From: Acutalibacteraceae bacterium | GTDB lineage: Bacteria; Bacillota; Clostridia; Oscillospirales; Acutalibacteraceae | Direction: 5' to 3' | DNA: 50,874 nucleotides | Assembly: GCA_036311185.1 (NCBI GenBank) | Contig: JAXJQK010000068.1 | Span: forward strand, 1-50,874 | In this document: positions 48,480 to 50,874 of the stretch, piece after piece | Layout: every line of letters starts with the position of its first letter | Numbering within the stretch: the first letter of the stretch is position 1 | The notes under the pieces: generated by a model | The model's database searches: none | The model's input: the letters and a program-made list of their open reading frames with translations, nothing else | What the model was told of the DNA's origin: nothing | Position numbers and translations under genes: made by a program

Positions 48480-49388
48480 ATGAAAAACGCATCCAAATAC
48501 TTAATATTATCAGCTGTATTGCTTTTATCGGTATTTACTACCTCTTGTACCAATCACTCAGAACAAGCTGTAACTAATAAAACTACGTCTATCGCTTTTG
48601 AAAATGGTACAATTAAAGAGTATAATTCATCTGATATTATAAATCCGTTTAGAAATATCAAGGTGAGATTTTCAGGTAAAGCTGGTAAAGGTACTGCTAC
48701 AATTGACACTAGTAATTGTGAAGCTATTGTAAAGGATAATTTTACTTTTATTTGTGAAAATGACGGTAATTTAATCAATGGTAATAAGGCTATAATTAAG
48801 GCTATATATGATACTAAAGCCTTTGAAAATTCAGGCTATACCATTACAGATAATGAAAAATCATATATAGTTACAGGTGTAGATCTATACCCAAGTGCTA
48901 TAAAAAGCTATGAAAAAGATACCTTGAATAGCTCTGTGCGTAAGCTTGCAGATAAATATATAGAGGATAATATTCAAACAATGGATATGGAGTATGATAG
49001 TGGTAAAAATCGTAGTGGTTGGAGTAAAAGTGGCTCATTTGAATACACCTATAATTACTACGACCGTATTATGATATACAATTACAACCGAGCTGATTAC
49101 TCAAAAAATGCTTATTTTATTATCTATGAGCTTTCTAACGAAATTAACTGCACAGAGGATATGACAACAGGAGAAAATCCTATGCACGCTGGTGAAAGTG
49201 ATACAGGGTGGGCATATATTGTTGTAGGTGCCCCAAGTATAACAGCAACAAGCGATATGATATTCAATGGTGATTTCAATAAAAAAGAAGCCTCTGAACT
49301 TTCCAGAAGCTTCATAACATACGAAGAAGCCATAGAATATTGTACCTATGGCGAGGGCTATATAACATTGCGTGAATCATTTACATAA
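48480..49388 (+). CDS. Putative lipoprotein
   Basis: MKNASKYLILSAVLLLSVFTTS-C signal peptide II-like. Confidence 0.6.
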   Translation: MKNASKYLILSAVLLLSVFTTSCTNHSEQAVTNKTTSIAFENGTIKEYNSSDIINPFRNIKVRFSGKAGKGTATIDTSNCEAIVKDNFTFICENDGNLINGNKAIIKAIYDTKAFENSGYTITDNEKSYIVTGVDLYPSAIKSYEKDTLNSSVRKLADKYIEDNIQTMDMEYDSGKNRSGWSKSGSFEYTYNYYDRIMIYNYNRADYSKNAYFIIYELSNEINCTEDMTTGENPMHAGESDTGWAYIVVGAPSITATSDMIFNGDFNKKEASELSRSFITYEEAIEYCTYGEGYITLRESFT

Positions 49389-50445
49389 TGCTGAATATTT
49401 GCTTTAAGTACCCTACAGGTTCAGTACCTGCCTTTATATGCATAACATCATTATCAAAATACACAGCTGTACAGCTGTACATATTGTATAGTCGCTCTTG
49501 CCTGTAAATTGTAACAGGTAAGAGCTTTTCTTTTACTATATCGCAAAGCTCGGGCATAAGTCTTACAGTAAGGCATATAGAATTTTTATTATTAATAAAA
49601 TTATAAGAAAGCTCTGTACAATACTCCGACAAAAGCCCTGCTATAAATTTACTGTTATTGCTATGTATTTTAATTCTATCATTCAGGGTTCTTAATCCCT
49701 CGCACATAGAAAAATACTCTGCCTGTATTGCTTTGTTATTTTCAATATTAAAGGCTTTACATTTACTTTTTATAAATGCTGTAACAGGCTTTGGACTATT
49801 TCTGTATGGGAATAATTTACTATATCGGTTATTACGCAACCAATCAAAGCCTGTTTTTTCAAGTAATGTGATATAAAGATTTTTTTCTTCATTAACTGAA
49901 ACAAGCTGTGACATTTCAAGCACAAAATCAGCACCATCTACAAATGGATTGTAGGTTAATGCTGTTGTCAAAGTATTGTCAACTATTAACGGAATATTAT
50001 ACTCACAACACAGCTTACCAGCCTGTGCCGTATTAACTGTACAGCAATTAACAGCAGAGGTAGATATAATTACAGCCTTAACTCCATTTTTTAAAGCTGA
50101 TTTTAGCTGTTTAATATCCTCAAACAATACAAGCCTTATACAATGACTATTTGCATAAGAAATTATCAAATCATTAAGCACAGAAAAAACAGTAGCTGAA
50201 ACAGCAATTTTTTCATTACCACTTGCTAAAGCCATAAGAAGAGGTTCTATTATATTTTCTGCTTTATTGCTGTATGCTGTTTTTATGTTATACAGCCTTG
50301 CAATTCTTCTTGTAAAAACATCCTGTGACGGCTGTGCTGATTTGCTATATTCTGTACCGTTATCCTCTATACCAAATCTTATTTTAGAATCTGATGTATC
50401 AGAAAATAAAAAAGTAGATGTTGTTGCTGTTTCGTTAATTGTCAT
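49381..50445 (-). CDS. Divergent Cys/Met-metabolism PLP-fold protein (MetY/Cys-gamma-like)
   Basis: IPLIVDNTL and GADFV retained; the HS.TK lysine motif is absent. Confidence 0.6.
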   Translation of the reverse strand: MTINETATTSTFLFSDTSDSKIRFGIEDNGTEYSKSAQPSQDVFTRRIARLYNIKTAYSNKAENIIEPLLMALASGNEKIAVSATVFSVLNDLIISYANSHCIRLVLFEDIKQLKSALKNGVKAVIISTSAVNCCTVNTAQAGKLCCEYNIPLIVDNTLTTALTYNPFVDGADFVLEMSQLVSVNEEKNLYITLLEKTGFDWLRNNRYSKLFPYRNSPKPVTAFIKSKCKAFNIENNKAIQAEYFSMCEGLRTLNDRIKIHSNNSKFIAGLLSEYCTELSYNFINNKNSICLTVRLMPELCDIVKEKLLPVTIYRQERLYNMYSCTAVYFDNDVMHIKAGTEPVGYLKQIFSIM

Positions 50446-50449
50446 ACTG

Positions 50450-50874
50450 TCACTCCGTTATTTGTGCAACTGCATTTGCTATATCTGCAAGCTGTTGCAT
50501 TGTAAGCTGTTCTGCACGATAATTTGCAGGTACATCTGCTGTTTCAAGTGCATTTATTATATCTCCCTTTGGTAGAGAAAGACCTGATGAAAGAGAGTTT
50601 GAAAGTGTTTTTCTTCTTTGCCCGAATGCTGATTTTATTATTCTGAAAAACAGCTTTTCATTTTTTAGCTGTACTCTTGGGTTTTCAAGAATATCAAGCC
50701 TTAGTACTGCTGAGTCAACCTTTGGTGCAGGCATAAAGCTACCGGCTGAAACATTAAATAGTAGCTGTGGTGTTGAATAGTAATTTACAGCCACTGTTAC
50801 TGCACCACTCTGTCTTGTGCCTACCTCTGCACAAATACGCTGTGCAGCTTCCTTTTGTACCATTACTGTAAGTG
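50450..50874 (-). CDS. rsmA: 16S rRNA dimethyladenosine transferase (3' part)
   Basis: MVQKEAAQR, FMPAPKVDSAV, AFGQRRKTL, RAEQL. Confidence 0.95.
   Translation of the reverse strand, partial: LTVMVQKEAAQRICAEVGTRQSGAVTVAVNYYSTPQLLFNVSAGSFMPAPKVDSAVLRLDILENPRVQLKNEKLFFRIIKSAFGQRRKTLSNSLSSGLSLPKGDIINALETADVPANYRAEQLTMQQLADIANAVAQITE

Overview
Low-GC Firmicute (Clostridia-like; gene content suggests a Ruminococcaceae/Oscillospiraceae-type anaerobe, not provable here). The left ~32 kb is an AT-rich accessory island bounded by IS debris (IS66 tnpA/tnpB plus stacked IS66/IS3 ends on the left, an IS3/IS150 remnant on the right). It carries a four-gene, seven-KS trans-AT modular polyketide synthase (2667-31822, minus strand) and a two-gene ABC exporter. 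Domain string read from motifs: [dock-KS1-DH-KR-ACP-KS2(+ACP-like insert)-DH] [KR-ACP-KS3-DH-KR-ACP-KS4-DH(D>N)-KRs] [KRc-ACP-KS5(+ACP-like insert)-ACP-KS6-ACP-KR0] [KS7-AT0-DH/PT-like-ACP-TE]. By colinearity (inference) this gives triene + hydroxyl + three unreduced ketides, i.e. a polyenyl resorcylate/6,8-dihydroxy-dihydroisocoumarin-type product. No acyltransferase, PPTase or loading gene is in the window, and two of the three gene junctions cut through KR domains. Next come an XRE-HTH gene, a class III Fic gene and a stand-alone DUF262 gene. The rest is core genome: ppdK, N-terminal-only glmU, prs, an Asn-synthetase-like protein, a repeat-bearing membrane protein, gatCAB, a LUD protein, a DUF308 membrane protein, a lipoprotein, a degenerate PLP enzyme and partial rsmA.
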